From assembly GCA_963695225.1 (NCBI GenBank), contig OY968762.1, forward strand, positions 2,880,001 to 2,944,000: 64,000 bases of DNA, in the 5' to 3' direction. A program made the translations under genes and the position numbers. A model generated the notes under the pieces. The model was given only the letters and a program-made list of their open reading frames with translations, ran no database searches and had not been told where the DNA came from. Each line of letters starts with the position of its first letter. Position 1 is the stretch's first letter. Positions 10,095 to 19,511 of the stretch are shown piece after piece. This DNA comes from Vulcanimicrobiota bacterium. Lineage in GTDB: Bacteria > Vulcanimicrobiota > Vulcanimicrobiia > Vulcanimicrobiales > Vulcanimicrobiaceae.

Positions 10095-11332
10095 GAGGAG
10101 AACCGGTCGGAGCCGATTTCGCGAATGCTCCCGCGGACCGGAGGCCGCAGCGGAATGACGGATGCGCCGGGAGCCGCGGGGGTTGCGGAGGCAGCCGGCG
10201 CGGAGGCGGCCGGCATGGAAGCGGCGGGCGCGGAGGCGGCCGGCGTGGAGGCGGCCGGCGTGGAGGCGGCGGGCAGGTAGCGGCGCAGTTCCGCGAGCGC
10301 GGCGGCGTTGCCGTTGAGGCGCTCGGGGATGATGCGGACGCGATAGTGTTCCACGCGTGAAAGGAACTTGCGCAAGATCGCGGGGGTGACGCGCTCGAAA
10401 TCGGCCCACTCGCCGGTTCCTTCGCGGGCGAGGAGGTGCCCGTGCAGCAACTGCTCGGAGTTGTTCGGCTCGGGCATTGCGAGGATCGGCTTGCGCAGGT
10501 AGAGCGCTTCGCCCAGGAGCTGGTTCCCGGCCGTGGTGACGAGAGCGTGCGACGTGATGAGATCGTCCACGAAGCGCCGCTCGTCGATCGCGAAGAAGTG
10601 GACGTTCCCGATGCTCGGCCGCTCGCCGAGGCCGTAGAACCGCACCTCGCGGCCGCTCGATTGCAGCACTTCGATCAGGCGCTCGGAACCGAACTTTCGC
10701 ACGTAGGCGACGAGATGCTCGCCGTGCTCGGGGACGGCCTCGAGGATCTGCGGCCGCAGCATCGGGCCCACTTCCACCACGCGCCCCACGCCCGGGCGCA
10801 AGCCGGGGAAGCAGAAGGAGGAGACGATCGTCGAGACCTGCCCCTTGTAGTAGAGGCCGACGACCGCTCCCATCATCGCGGCCCGCGCCTGCAAGAGCTT
10901 CGGCAGCCCCCGGAAATCGCTGACGACGAGGAAATGCTGGTGGTCGAGGCTCACGAACGGGACGCCGCGGCTGACGGCCGCGCGCGCGAGCGACATCTCG
11001 AAATCCGTGACGATGAGGTCCGGGCGCTCCTCGTCGATCGCCCGTTCGAGGCGGTCGATCAGCGCCGGCAGCGTCGCGAGATAAGAAAACGCGCCGAGCG
11101 CCGTGCGGACGGTCGAAACCGAGCGCTTCGCCGTGTACTCGAAGCGCGCGCCGGGGATGCGTTCCACCCGCACGCCGGGCGTGTTCGCGTAGAGCGGCGC
11201 GAGCATGTCGTGCGCGTCGTCCGGGGCGAAGATGACGAACTGGTGCTCGGAGCGCAGCTGCTCGACGATCGCGCGGACCCGCGTCGCGTGCCCGCGCCCT
11301 TCCCCGGCCACGCTGTAGAAGATCTTAGCCAT
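10091..11332 (-). CDS. Glycosyltransferase, GT-B fold (MJ1255/VC2487-like)
   Basis: 'IFYSVAGEGRGHATR', 'PDLIVTDFE', 'SLDHQH', 'TAGNQLLGEALYLRKP', 'EQ'. Confidence 0.85.
   Translation of the reverse strand: MAKIFYSVAGEGRGHATRVRAIVEQLRSEHQFVIFAPDDAHDMLAPLYANTPGVRVERIPGARFEYTAKRSVSTVRTALGAFSYLATLPALIDRLERAIDEERPDLIVTDFEMSLARAAVSRGVPFVSLDHQHFLVVSDFRGLPKLLQARAAMMGAVVGLYYKGQVSTIVSSFCFPGLRPGVGRVVEVGPMLRPQILEAVPEHGEHLVAYVRKFGSERLIEVLQSSGREVRFYGLGERPSIGNVHFFAIDERRFVDDLITSHALVTTAGNQLLGEALYLRKPILAMPEPNNSEQLLHGHLLAREGTGEWADFERVTPAILRKFLSRVEHYRVRIIPERLNGNAAALAELRRYLPAASTPAASTPAASAPAASMPAASAPAASATPAAPGASVIPLRPPVRGSIREIGSDRFSS
10184..10275 (-). repeat. Tandem ~15-bp repeats encoding PAAS(T/A/M) units at the glycosyltransferase C-terminus
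   Basis: Repeated ggaggcggccggcg(t/c)-like units on the + strand; translation 'PAASTPAASTPAASAPAASMPAASAPAASATP'. Confidence 0.8.
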
Positions 11333-11494
11333 GGCCCCTAGGCGCGCACGCGAAAGCCCAGGCGTCGCCGCCTAGGCCTGGACTCGAGAGAAGAACATCC
11401 CACCAAGCCCCAGGTTCCAGCCCTGGGCCCTCTCTCCTCGGGCACGCCCGCCTCGGCAGGCTCACGATTCGACGGTCAGGGCGACGTGGCGGCG

Positions 11495-12058
11495 CTACCA
11501 AAGAGCCGTTGTATCGAGGGCGAAGCCCGGGAGCTCCGGGTCAAGGGCGATGGCTTCGACCGCGGCCGAATGCTCGGGAGCCCGGCCGGGCCGGTAGACT
11601 TCGACGAAGCGCCCGTACGGGTCGATCAGGACGGCGAGCTTCGCGCCGTTGTCGAGGTAGTCGCGCATCTTCGCGCGGGTGTCGACGAGATCGTCCGTCC
11701 TCGAGCGAATCTCGAAGACCGCGTCCGGGCACAGCGGGGCGAAGCCTTCCCGCTCCTCGCCGGTCAGGCTCTCCCAGCGTTCGCGCCTCACCCAGGACGC
11801 ATCGGGCGCGAGCACGGATCCGTCGCCCAGCCGAAAGCCCGCCGAGCTGTCGAAGACTATGCCTGGTTCACCCGCGCGGGTCCATTCGCGCAGCTGCCCG
11901 GCCACCTCGGCTCCGCGCCGCCCGCTCTCACTCCCGGAAGGCGTCACGATCAAGCACCCCTCTCGCCGGCGCTCGAATCGATAGCCGGGGTTCAGGCGCG
12001 AGAGTTCCATCAACTCGCCGTCGCTGACCGGCTTCGCCTGCCTGATGGATACGGCCAC
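11495..12058 (-). CDS. Uma2-family PD-(D/E)xK endonuclease
   Basis: GTG at 12058 preceded by GGAGG; 'VFDSSAGFRL', 'LAPDASWV', 'PLCPDAVFEIRSRTD', 'KMRDYLDNG', 'LPGFALD'. Confidence 0.9.
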   Translation of the reverse strand: MAVSIRQAKPVSDGELMELSRLNPGYRFERRREGCLIVTPSGSESGRRGAEVAGQLREWTRAGEPGIVFDSSAGFRLGDGSVLAPDASWVRRERWESLTGEEREGFAPLCPDAVFEIRSRTDDLVDTRAKMRDYLDNGAKLAVLIDPYGRFVEVYRPGRAPEHSAAVEAIALDPELPGFALDTTALW

Positions 12059-12138
12059 GGGCGGATCCTCCAGACTGAATTGTACTCCATGAAAGCGAGC
12101 GCGCTCTCCCGACCATCGCGCGCCGGGGAGTGGGGACT

Positions 12139-14178
12139 TCAGCTTTTCGCGGACGTGTGCGGCTCCGGGGCGGCGTTTCCGTTGTGGTGCGGCTCGCCGA
12201 GGTGGGCGAGCGCTTCCTTCGAGCTTGCGAAGAGTGCGGGTTCCGTGTTGTGATGCAGCAGACCGCTGGCGAGCTGGCTGCGCATGAAGGCGCTGCCGGT
12301 GTAGCGCGTCACCTCGGTGTAGTAGCGCGAGACGAGTCCGTGCACCATCTCGAGATACTCGTCGAGCAGTTCCGGCGCGATCTCGAAGTTGTCGTAATTG
12401 ACGACGCCGCGCACCTTGCGGCCGAGCGGCTCGAGCCGCGCCGAGATCTGGCGGCGCATATCTTCGATGTCGGCCCGCGTGCGCACGTCGAGCCCCTCGA
12501 AGTTGAGGAAGAGCACGTTTTCGCCGGCATCGAACGAGAGGCGCTCGTTGAACGGGATCCAGAGGATGTCGGGGCGCAGATCCATCGGCTCGTCGCGGAA
12601 GATGCGCTCGTCCATCCGGCGCAGATCGGGGCTGATCTGCGGCGTGAAGCCCATGTGCGCGAGGATGTCGGTTTCGAGATCGACGCCCGGCGCTATCTCG
12701 ATCAGTTCGATGCCGGCTTCGACGAGCCGGAAGACGCAACGTTCCGTCACGTAGAGCGCGGGCTGCGCGCGGCGCATCGCATAGGATCCCGAGAACGTGC
12801 GCTGTTCGACTTCGTCGACGAACTTTTGCTGCGAGCCTTCGCGCAGGATGTGCAGCTTGCCGTTGCGGACTTCGGTCTGCAAGCCGCCCGCCGTGAACGT
12901 GCCGGCGAATACGACTTTCTTCGCGTTCTGGCTGATGTTGATGAATCCGCCGGCGCCGGCCAAGCGGTCTCCGAAGCGGCTGACGTTCAGGTTCCCGTAG
13001 CGGTCCGCTTGGGCCAGGCCGAGGACGGCGAGATCGAGCCCGCCGCCGTCGTAGAAATCGAATTGCGCGGGCATGTCGAGGATCGCTTCGGGATTCGTCG
13101 CGGCGCCGAAACTCAAGCCCCCTGCGGGGACGCCGCCGATCGTTCCGGGCTCGGTCGTCAGCGTGACCAAATCGAAGACGTTCTCCTCGGCGGCGACGCT
13201 CGCGACGCCTTCGGGCATTCCGATGCCCAGATTGATGACGGAGTTCGCATGCAGCTCGAGCGCCGCGCGCCGGGCGATGATCTTCCGTTCGCTCATCGGC
13301 ATCGGCGGGATCGAAGAAACCGGGACGCGGATCTGGCCCGAGAACGCCGGATTGTACGGCTCGCCGAACGTCTGCACGTGATGTTCCGGAACGTCGGCCG
13401 TGGCGACGCAATCGACGACGACGCCGGGGATCACGACTTTGCGCACGTCGAGCGATCCGCGCTCCGCGACGCGCTCGACCTGCACGATGACGATGCCGCC
13501 GCAATTGTGCGCCGCCGTCGCCATCGCGAGCGCATCGAGCGTGAGCGCTTCCTTTTCCATCGTGACGTAGCCGTCGCCGTCGGCGCTCGTGCCGCGCAGG
13601 AGCGCGACGTCGATGTGAAACGCCTTGTAGAAGAGGTACTCTCGCCCGCCGATTTCCATGACTTCGACGAGATCCTCGTGCGTGACGGCGTTGATCTTGC
13701 CCCCGCCGTGCCGCGGATCGACGAACGTGCCGAGCCCGACGCTCGTCAGTTGGCCGGGCTTGTGCGCCGCCGTGTCGCGGAACATCTGGCTGATGACGCC
13801 CTGCGGCAGATTGTACGCTTCGATCTTGTTTTCGATCGCGAGCTTCTGCAATTTCGGCGTCATGCCCCAATGCCCGCCGATCACGCGCTTGACGAGGCCT
13901 TCCAGCGCCAACTCGTTGAGGCCGCGATCCTTCATATCGCCTTGGCCTGCGGCGTAGAGCAGCGTCAGGTTGCGCGGCGAACCGGTTTCGAGAAATCGCC
14001 GCTTCAGCGCGAGCGCGATGCTTTCGGCAAACCCGATGCCGATGAAGCCGCCGACCGCAACGGTATCGCCGTCCGAGATCAGGCGAACGGCTTCGTCGGG
14101 GGTAACGATCTTGTTGCGGCTCGAGGGTAGCACCGGGTCCTCCAGGGTCTCTACATACGGTATCGGTATAGGACGCAA
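12139..14178 (-). CDS. Acyl-CoA:acetate/3-ketoacid CoA-transferase (YdiF/Pct type, fused subunits) with an extra C-terminal domain
   Basis: 'EAYNLPQG', '[10 protein letters not shown]', 'NLGIGMP', 'LTTEPG' with catalytic Glu, '[11 protein letters not shown]', 'GGFINISQ', 'YVTERCVF'; start uncertain by ~15 codons. Confidence 0.9.
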   Translation of the reverse strand: MRPIPIPYVETLEDPVLPSSRNKIVTPDEAVRLISDGDTVAVGGFIGIGFAESIALALKRRFLETGSPRNLTLLYAAGQGDMKDRGLNELALEGLVKRVIGGHWGMTPKLQKLAIENKIEAYNLPQGVISQMFRDTAAHKPGQLTSVGLGTFVDPRHGGGKINAVTHEDLVEVMEIGGREYLFYKAFHIDVALLRGTSADGDGYVTMEKEALTLDALAMATAAHNCGGIVIVQVERVAERGSLDVRKVVIPGVVVDCVATADVPEHHVQTFGEPYNPAFSGQIRVPVSSIPPMPMSERKIIARRAALELHANSVINLGIGMPEGVASVAAEENVFDLVTLTTEPGTIGGVPAGGLSFGAATNPEAILDMPAQFDFYDGGGLDLAVLGLAQADRYGNLNVSRFGDRLAGAGGFINISQNAKKVVFAGTFTAGGLQTEVRNGKLHILREGSQQKFVDEVEQRTFSGSYAMRRAQPALYVTERCVFRLVEAGIELIEIAPGVDLETDILAHMGFTPQISPDLRRMDERIFRDEPMDLRPDILWIPFNERLSFDAGENVLFLNFEGLDVRTRADIEDMRRQISARLEPLGRKVRGVVNYDNFEIAPELLDEYLEMVHGLVSRYYTEVTRYTGSAFMRSQLASGLLHHNTEPALFASSKEALAHLGEPHHNGNAAPEPHTSAKS

Positions 14179-14264
14179 AGAATCGGATTGCCATTCCGCC
14201 TCAGGGAATCACCCGCCTCGAAGATTGCCCGGAGTCGTCGCCGCTGCGTTCCTCTAGCCAAGAT

Positions 14265-14282
14265 GTGCTATCATGCTAGCAC
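14265..14282 (+). promoter_or_regulatory. Candidate operator and -10 element for the TA operon
   Basis: Inverted repeat GTGCTA-tcatgc-TAGCAC overlapping a TATCAT -10-like hexamer, 1 nt before the antitoxin ATG (suggests a near-leaderless mRNA). Confidence 0.55.
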
Positions 14283-14283
14283 T

Positions 14284-14502
14284 ATGGCAAGCAAGCAGAT
14301 CGCCGTGCGAGTCGACGAAGCCCTAGCGGAGCAGTTGAGGCTGCGAGCCACGATCGAGCGGAGGTCGGTCAACGAGATCATCAACGCGGCGATCCGAGAG
14401 TACGCGACGTCGCACCCCGTCTCTCGGGACGACATGCTTGCGCTCGTGCGCGCCATCGCCAGGGAGGATGCTTCGCTTCTCCAAGCGCTCGCCGACGCGT
14501 AG
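14284..14502 (+). CDS. Ribbon-helix-helix (CopG/Arc-like) antitoxin
   Basis: 'MASKQIAVRVDEALAEQLRLRATIERRSVNEIINAAIREY' fits an RHH pattern; C-terminal 'EDASLLQALAD' resembles Phd-type Doc-neutralising tails; directly upstream of doc. Confidence 0.75.
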   Translation: MASKQIAVRVDEALAEQLRLRATIERRSVNEIINAAIREYATSHPVSRDDMLALVRAIAREDASLLQALADA

Positions 14503-14838
14503 TGCAGTATCTCACCGAAGGAGATGTCCTAGCGTTCTACGCCGAGGTCATTGGGGAGCCGGTCTTGAGGTATCCCGATGGTCTCGCGTCGGCGCTTGCG
14601 CGGCCGCAGCAAACCATCCTTGGCGAAGATGCATATCCGACGTTGGCCCTCAAGGCCGCCGCATTGATGCAGTCGTTGGCGGAGAATCAGCCTTTCCTCG
14701 ATGGGAACCCATGGCTCTACGATGCGCGCGAACGATGCAGAAGGTCTCGATCTGTTCATCAATCGGATTGCGAAGGGCATGAGCGTAGAAGCGCTCGCGC
14801 AGTGGATCGAGCGGCATTCCACAGACGCACCTCGATGA
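14502..14838 (+). pseudogene. doc: Doc/Fic-family toxin disrupted by an internal deletion and frameshift
   Basis: 'MQYLT...LRYPDGLASALARP...DAYPTLALKAAALMQSLAENQPFLDGN' breaks off; the Doc-like C-terminus 'GSTMRANDAEGLDLFINRIAKGMSVEALAQWIERH' continues in another frame to TGA at 14836-14838. Confidence 0.75.
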
Positions 14839-14953
14839 AATCGACGGCCTCGGGGAATCGCGGGCCTCGCTCCTGAAAGGCTAGCGGGCGCTCGATTTTG
14901 CGGGATGGTGGGATGGGTGCTCGACTCGCCTCGGAGGCGCTTTGCTAACGGAG

Positions 14954-15751
14954 ATGCGTCCAACGACGAAACCGGCCCAGCGCCTCGATGAAGCGGTCGC
15001 CGCCCGGGCGGGCGTCAGCCGCTCGCGCGCGCGGAGCCTCATCCTGGCCGGGCGCGTCAGCCTGGGCGGGCAGGCCCTGACGAAGCCCGGCGCGGGCGTC
15101 GCGCCGGATGCGCCGCTCGAGATCGAGCGGCCGAAGCCGTTCGTCAGCCGCGGTGGCGAGAAGCTCGAAGGCGCTCTGGCGGCATTTTCGCTGGACGTGG
15201 CCGGCGCGCGGGCGCTCGACGTGGGGGCCTCCACCGGCGGGTTCACGGATTGCCTGCTCGCGCACGGCGCGGCGCACGTCGTCGCGCTCGACGTCGGCTA
15301 CGGGCAGATCGCCTGGCCGCTCCGCACGGACCCGCGCGTCACCGTCGTCGAGCGCTGCAATTTCCGCCTCCTCCCCGACGATGCATACGCGCCGGAGTTC
15401 GACATCGTGACGATCGACGCGTCGTTCATCTCGGTCGTGACGCTGATCGCGCGCGCTCGCGCGTTCCTTGCGCCGGGCGGCTCGATCGTCGCGCTCGTGA
15501 AGCCGCAGTTCGAAGCGGGGCGGCGGCGGCTCGGCAGCGGCGGCGTCGTGCGCGATCCGGCCGTGCACCGCGCGATCCTCTCCGAGGTGACGCGCGCGGT
15601 CGCGGAACTCGGCCTCGCGCCGCGCGCGCTGGCGCGCTCGCCGCTCGTCGGCCCGGCCGGGAACGCCGAGTTTTTTCTCCTCGCGCAAGCAAGCGGAACG
15701 CCGCTCGGCGAAACGCAGATCGACGCACTCTTTGCCGGCGGTGCCGCATGA
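14954..15751 (+). CDS. tlyA: TlyA-family rRNA 2'-O-methyltransferase
   Basis: S4 domain 'RLD...SRSRARSLILAGRV', 'FVSRGGEKL', 'LDVGASTGGFTDCLL', 'LVKPQFE', 'GNAEF'. Confidence 0.95.
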   Translation: MRPTTKPAQRLDEAVAARAGVSRSRARSLILAGRVSLGGQALTKPGAGVAPDAPLEIERPKPFVSRGGEKLEGALAAFSLDVAGARALDVGASTGGFTDCLLAHGAAHVVALDVGYGQIAWPLRTDPRVTVVERCNFRLLPDDAYAPEFDIVTIDASFISVVTLIARARAFLAPGGSIVALVKPQFEAGRRRLGSGGVVRDPAVHRAILSEVTRAVAELGLAPRALARSPLVGPAGNAEFFLLAQASGTPLGETQIDALFAGGAA

Positions 15752-16632
15752 TGATCGTCCAGCCCAAGACGGGGACCGTCGCGCTCTTCGTCGATCTCGA
15801 GCGCGACCACGCGCGCGCGACCGCGACCGAGACGGCCTTCGAACTCCGCAAGCTCGGGTTCGGCGTCGCGCTCTGCGAGGATCAGGATCGCATCCTCGGC
15901 CTCACGACGCCCGGCGCGCGCGTGGAGGACGCCGTCCTGATGGTGACGATCGGCGGCGACGGCACGCTGCTGCGCGCGGCGAAGATCGCGTTGCAGCACG
16001 GGATCCCGGTCTGCGGCGTGAACACCGGCCGGCTCGGCTTCCTCACGGAGATCGAAGGCGGGAAGCTCGACGCTTTGATCGCGATGCTCCGCGACGGCTT
16101 CGTGATCGACGAACGGACCGCGCTCGAGGCGCGCCACGCCGGCCGCACGCATCTCGCGCTGAACGAAGTCGTCGTGCGGCGCAGCGGCTCGGCCCGGCTC
16201 ACGCCGTTCGGGATCTTCGTCGACGGGCAAGAGGCCGCGCACGTTCCGGCGGACGGCATCCTGATCTCGACCCCGACGGGCTCCACGGGCTACGCGCTCT
16301 CGGCGGGCGGGCCGATCATGACGCCGGATCTCGCGGCGATCGGCGTCGTCGCGCTCCTGCCGCACACGCTCTTCTCCCGCCCGCTCGTCGTGCCGAACAC
16401 GTCGACGATCGAGATCACGTGCGACGGCGAGAGCACGCACGCAACGCTGGAAGCCGACGGCCGCATCATCGAAGAGCTTTCGGGTGGCGCGCGGATCACC
16501 GTCTCGCGCTACGAACGCTCCGTCCGCTTCGCGCGCCGGGTCCCGCTCGCGTTCTTCAACTTGCTCGAAAACAAACTGCGCTGGAACGCGCCGATCAAGG
16601 ACCGCTCCCCGCAGGAGGCTGCCGAGGAGTGA
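15748..16632 (+). CDS. nadK: NAD(+) kinase
   Basis: 'IGGDGTLLRAA', 'GVNTGRLGFLTE', 'ALNE', 'ADGILISTPTGSTGYALSAGGP'. Confidence 0.95.
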   Translation: MMIVQPKTGTVALFVDLERDHARATATETAFELRKLGFGVALCEDQDRILGLTTPGARVEDAVLMVTIGGDGTLLRAAKIALQHGIPVCGVNTGRLGFLTEIEGGKLDALIAMLRDGFVIDERTALEARHAGRTHLALNEVVVRRSGSARLTPFGIFVDGQEAAHVPADGILISTPTGSTGYALSAGGPIMTPDLAAIGVVALLPHTLFSRPLVVPNTSTIEITCDGESTHATLEADGRIIEELSGGARITVSRYERSVRFARRVPLAFFNLLENKLRWNAPIKDRSPQEAAEE

Positions 16633-18353
16633 CCCGCCTCGCGCGGCTCGAAATCGAAGCGTACGGCCTGATCGAGCGGGCCGAGGTTGCGTTCGCGCCC
16701 GGCTGCACGGCGTTCACGGGCGAGACGGGCTCCGGGAAGACGATGCTCGTCGGCGCGCTGGGCTTCGTGCTCGGCGCGCGAACCTCGGGCGACGTCGTGC
16801 GCGCCGGGGCTGCGCGCGCGCGCGTCGCGCTCGAAATCGACGACGTCGATGCCGCTTTGCGCGAGCGCTTTGCGGCCGAAGGTTTCGACGTGGAGCCGAA
16901 CGAGGGCGCGATCTTCGTGCGCGAGCTTTCGGCCGCGGGGAAATCGAGCGCGCGCATCAACGGGCGCGCCGCGACGACGGCGCAATTGCGGGCGTTCGGC
17001 GAAGCGCTCGTCGATTTCGTCGGCCAGCACGAACAGCAGCGCTTGCTAGCGGCGAGCTATCAGCTCGACGTGCTCGATCGCTACGCGGGGGAGGCTGCGC
17101 TCGCGGCGCGCGCGCGGGTCGCGGCGGCGCACGACGTGGCGCTCGGGCTGGAACGGGAGACGCGCGAGCTCGAAGAGAGCGAGGGGCGCGCGCTCGCCGA
17201 AGTCGAGTTCGCGCGGTTCGCGCTCGCGGAGATCGAGCGCGTGAAGCCGGCCCTCGGCGAGGACGAGGAACTGCGCGAACGGCGCGATTTCCTGGCGAAC
17301 GTCGAGCGCATCGCGAGCGCGCTCGCGCAGGCGCACGCGGCGCTCGTCGAAAGCGAGGGCGCGGCCGTCGAAGCGCTCGGGAACGCGGCGGCGCTCGTCC
17401 GCCCGCTCGCGCGGTACGGTTCCGCCTTCGCCGCCGCCGCCGGCCGGATCGCGGCGCTGCAGACGGAGGCGACGGACGTCGCCGCCGCGCTCGCGCTCGA
17501 AATCGAACGCGCGGAATTCGATCCGGCGGAGAGCGAGGCGGTCGGCGAACGGCTCGACGCGCTCGAACGGCTGAAGAAGAAGTGCGGCGGCTCGCTCGCC
17601 GCCGTGCTCGCCGCGCGCGACGAATTCGCCGCGACGATCGAACGCTTCGCCTCGCGCGACGAAGTGCTCGCGAGGCTGCGCGCCGAGCGGGCGCGCGCTC
17701 GAACCGTCCGCGACGAAGCCGCGAGCCGCCTGGCTGCGCTGCGCGCGGAGGCCGCGCGGCGGCTCGAAGACGCGGTCGCGGCCGAACTCGACGCGCTCGC
17801 GATGCGGGCCGCGCGCTTCGAGGTCGCGTTCGCGCCGCTGGAGGCGTGCGGCCCGGCGGGGACGGAGCGCTGCGAGTTTCTGCTCGCGCCGAACCCCGGA
17901 GAGCCGGCGCGTCCGCTCGCGAAGACGGCCTCCGGCGGCGAGCTTTCGCGCGTGTTGCTCGCGCTCGTCGCGGTGCTCGCCGACCGGCGCGAGCGCTCGA
18001 CGCTCGTCTTCGACGAGATCGATGCGGGCGTCGGCGGCGCGACGGCGGTTGCGGTGGGCGTGCGCCTGGGAGCGCTCGCGCGCGCGGCGCAGCTCGTCTG
18101 CGTGACGCATCTCGCGCAGATCGCCGCCTGGGGCGATCGGCATTACGCGCTGTGGAAGACGGGCGACGGAGACGCGACGCAGATCGAACTGGTCGCGCTG
18201 GAGACGGCGGACGCGGTCGAAGCCGAGATCGCGCGGATGCTCTCGGGTTCGACGGGCGACGTCGCGCGCCGCCACGCCGCGACGCTGCTCGGCGACGTGC
18301 GGCAGCGCAGGCGCGAGCTCCGGGAGCGCGCGCAAGAGCAGGCGCGAGCGTGA
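16629..18353 (+). CDS. recN: DNA repair protein RecN
   Basis: GTG at 16629; 'TGETGSGKTM', 'GQHEQ', 'PNPGEP..PLAKTASGGELSR', 'LVFDEIDAGVGG', 'CVTHLAQIAA'; tlyA-nadK-recN synteny. Confidence 0.95.
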   Translation: MTRLARLEIEAYGLIERAEVAFAPGCTAFTGETGSGKTMLVGALGFVLGARTSGDVVRAGAARARVALEIDDVDAALRERFAAEGFDVEPNEGAIFVRELSAAGKSSARINGRAATTAQLRAFGEALVDFVGQHEQQRLLAASYQLDVLDRYAGEAALAARARVAAAHDVALGLERETRELEESEGRALAEVEFARFALAEIERVKPALGEDEELRERRDFLANVERIASALAQAHAALVESEGAAVEALGNAAALVRPLARYGSAFAAAAGRIAALQTEATDVAAALALEIERAEFDPAESEAVGERLDALERLKKKCGGSLAAVLAARDEFAATIERFASRDEVLARLRAERARARTVRDEAASRLAALRAEAARRLEDAVAAELDALAMRAARFEVAFAPLEACGPAGTERCEFLLAPNPGEPARPLAKTASGGELSRVLLALVAVLADRRERSTLVFDEIDAGVGGATAVAVGVRLGALARAAQLVCVTHLAQIAAWGDRHYALWKTGDGDATQIELVALETADAVEAEIARMLSGSTGDVARRHAATLLGDVRQRRRELRERAQEQARA

Positions 18354-18357
18354 GCCG

Positions 18358-19443
18358 GTGAGCAAGCGGCGGTTGCTCGTGCTCGTCTCGCCGCGCGGCG
18401 ACGCGATGAAGCGCGACGTGCTGTGGCAGGCTTCGGCGCTGCGCGAGCATTACGAGCTGCGGTACGTCTCGCATGCGGACGAGGTCCCGGCCTACGCCGC
18501 GCTGGGCATCGCCGTCGACGAGTGGAATCCGATCGGGAACGGCGGCATCAAACGCGCGCTTGCGACCTTGCGCGGCGTGCTCGGTTCGTTCGCGCCGGAT
18601 ATCGTGCACGCGCACGGATTCAGCGCGATCTCGCTTGCGCTCGGCGCGCTCGCGGAACCGCTGCCCCACCGCACGATTGCGTTCTTCCACGATCTGCTGC
18701 GCGGCGAGGAACTGCCCGACAAGTTCGTGATCGAGCGCTTTCCGACGTTCCTGCGCCGGGCCGCGCACGTCGTCTGCGTGACGCCTTCGCTGGCGCGCTC
18801 GCTCGAGCGGACGCTCTCGCTCGATGCGGAGAGCATCGTCGTGATCCCGCACGGGATCGCGCCCTCGCTCGCAGGCGAATACGCGCGGCCGCCGCGCAGG
18901 CCCGGGCCCCTGCTCGGATGGTCCGGCAGATTGCGCGGCGAGCGTTCGTGGGGCGTCGCGATCGACGCGCTCGCGCTCGTGAAGAAAGCGCTCCCCGATG
19001 CGCGCCTCGCGATCGCCGGCGACGGACCGGCGAAGGAACTCGTCGAGTCGCATGCGAGCGATAAGCGCGTCACGGCGAAAGTCGATTTTCTAGGCGCCGT
19101 CACGAACGCCGCGCTCTTCGGCGGCATCGATCTGCTGCTCGTGCCGCGCTCGGATGACGCACAGCCGCACGCGCTCTTGGAAGCGCTCTCGTGGGGCATG
19201 CCGGTGATCGCCGGAAACGGCGGAGCGCTCGCCGACGCGTTGCACGCGTGCGAGGCGGGGCTGCTCGTCGAGGACGACGCGGCGGGTTTCGCGCGCGGCA
19301 TCACGGAGACGTGGCCGCGCATCGACGAAGCGTGGGAGCGCGCCGCTGGCCGCCGCGCGATCGCGCGCGAGCTCTACGCGCGCCAAACGGCGCTCGAAGC
19401 GATCCTCGCCCTCGACGCCTCGATCCTCAGCGCCGTCCCATGA
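18358..19443 (+). CDS. Glycosyltransferase family 4
   Basis: 'PDIVHAHG', 'VIPHGI', 'IAGDGP', 'LLEALSWGMPVIA'. Confidence 0.8.
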   Translation: MSKRRLLVLVSPRGDAMKRDVLWQASALREHYELRYVSHADEVPAYAALGIAVDEWNPIGNGGIKRALATLRGVLGSFAPDIVHAHGFSAISLALGALAEPLPHRTIAFFHDLLRGEELPDKFVIERFPTFLRRAAHVVCVTPSLARSLERTLSLDAESIVVIPHGIAPSLAGEYARPPRRPGPLLGWSGRLRGERSWGVAIDALALVKKALPDARLAIAGDGPAKELVESHASDKRVTAKVDFLGAVTNAALFGGIDLLLVPRSDDAQPHALLEALSWGMPVIAGNGGALADALHACEAGLLVEDDAAGFARGITETWPRIDEAWERAAGRRAIARELYARQTALEAILALDASILSAVP

Positions 19444-19511
19444 TCGCGCGGGAAGGTACATTCCGGGCCACCTGACAAATAGGCGAGCCTCATCAAGACG
19501 AGGGAGGCCGC

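Noticed and set aside
11495..12058. Uma2 nuclease as a defence system
   Set aside because: Solitary Uma2 genes are abundant and dispersed in many Terrabacteria; there are no partner genes here.
11495..14194. 899-aa ORF as one protein
   Set aside because: Only the last ~187 codons (Uma2, with its own RBS) look real; the rest is an off-frame shadow of the CoA-transferase.
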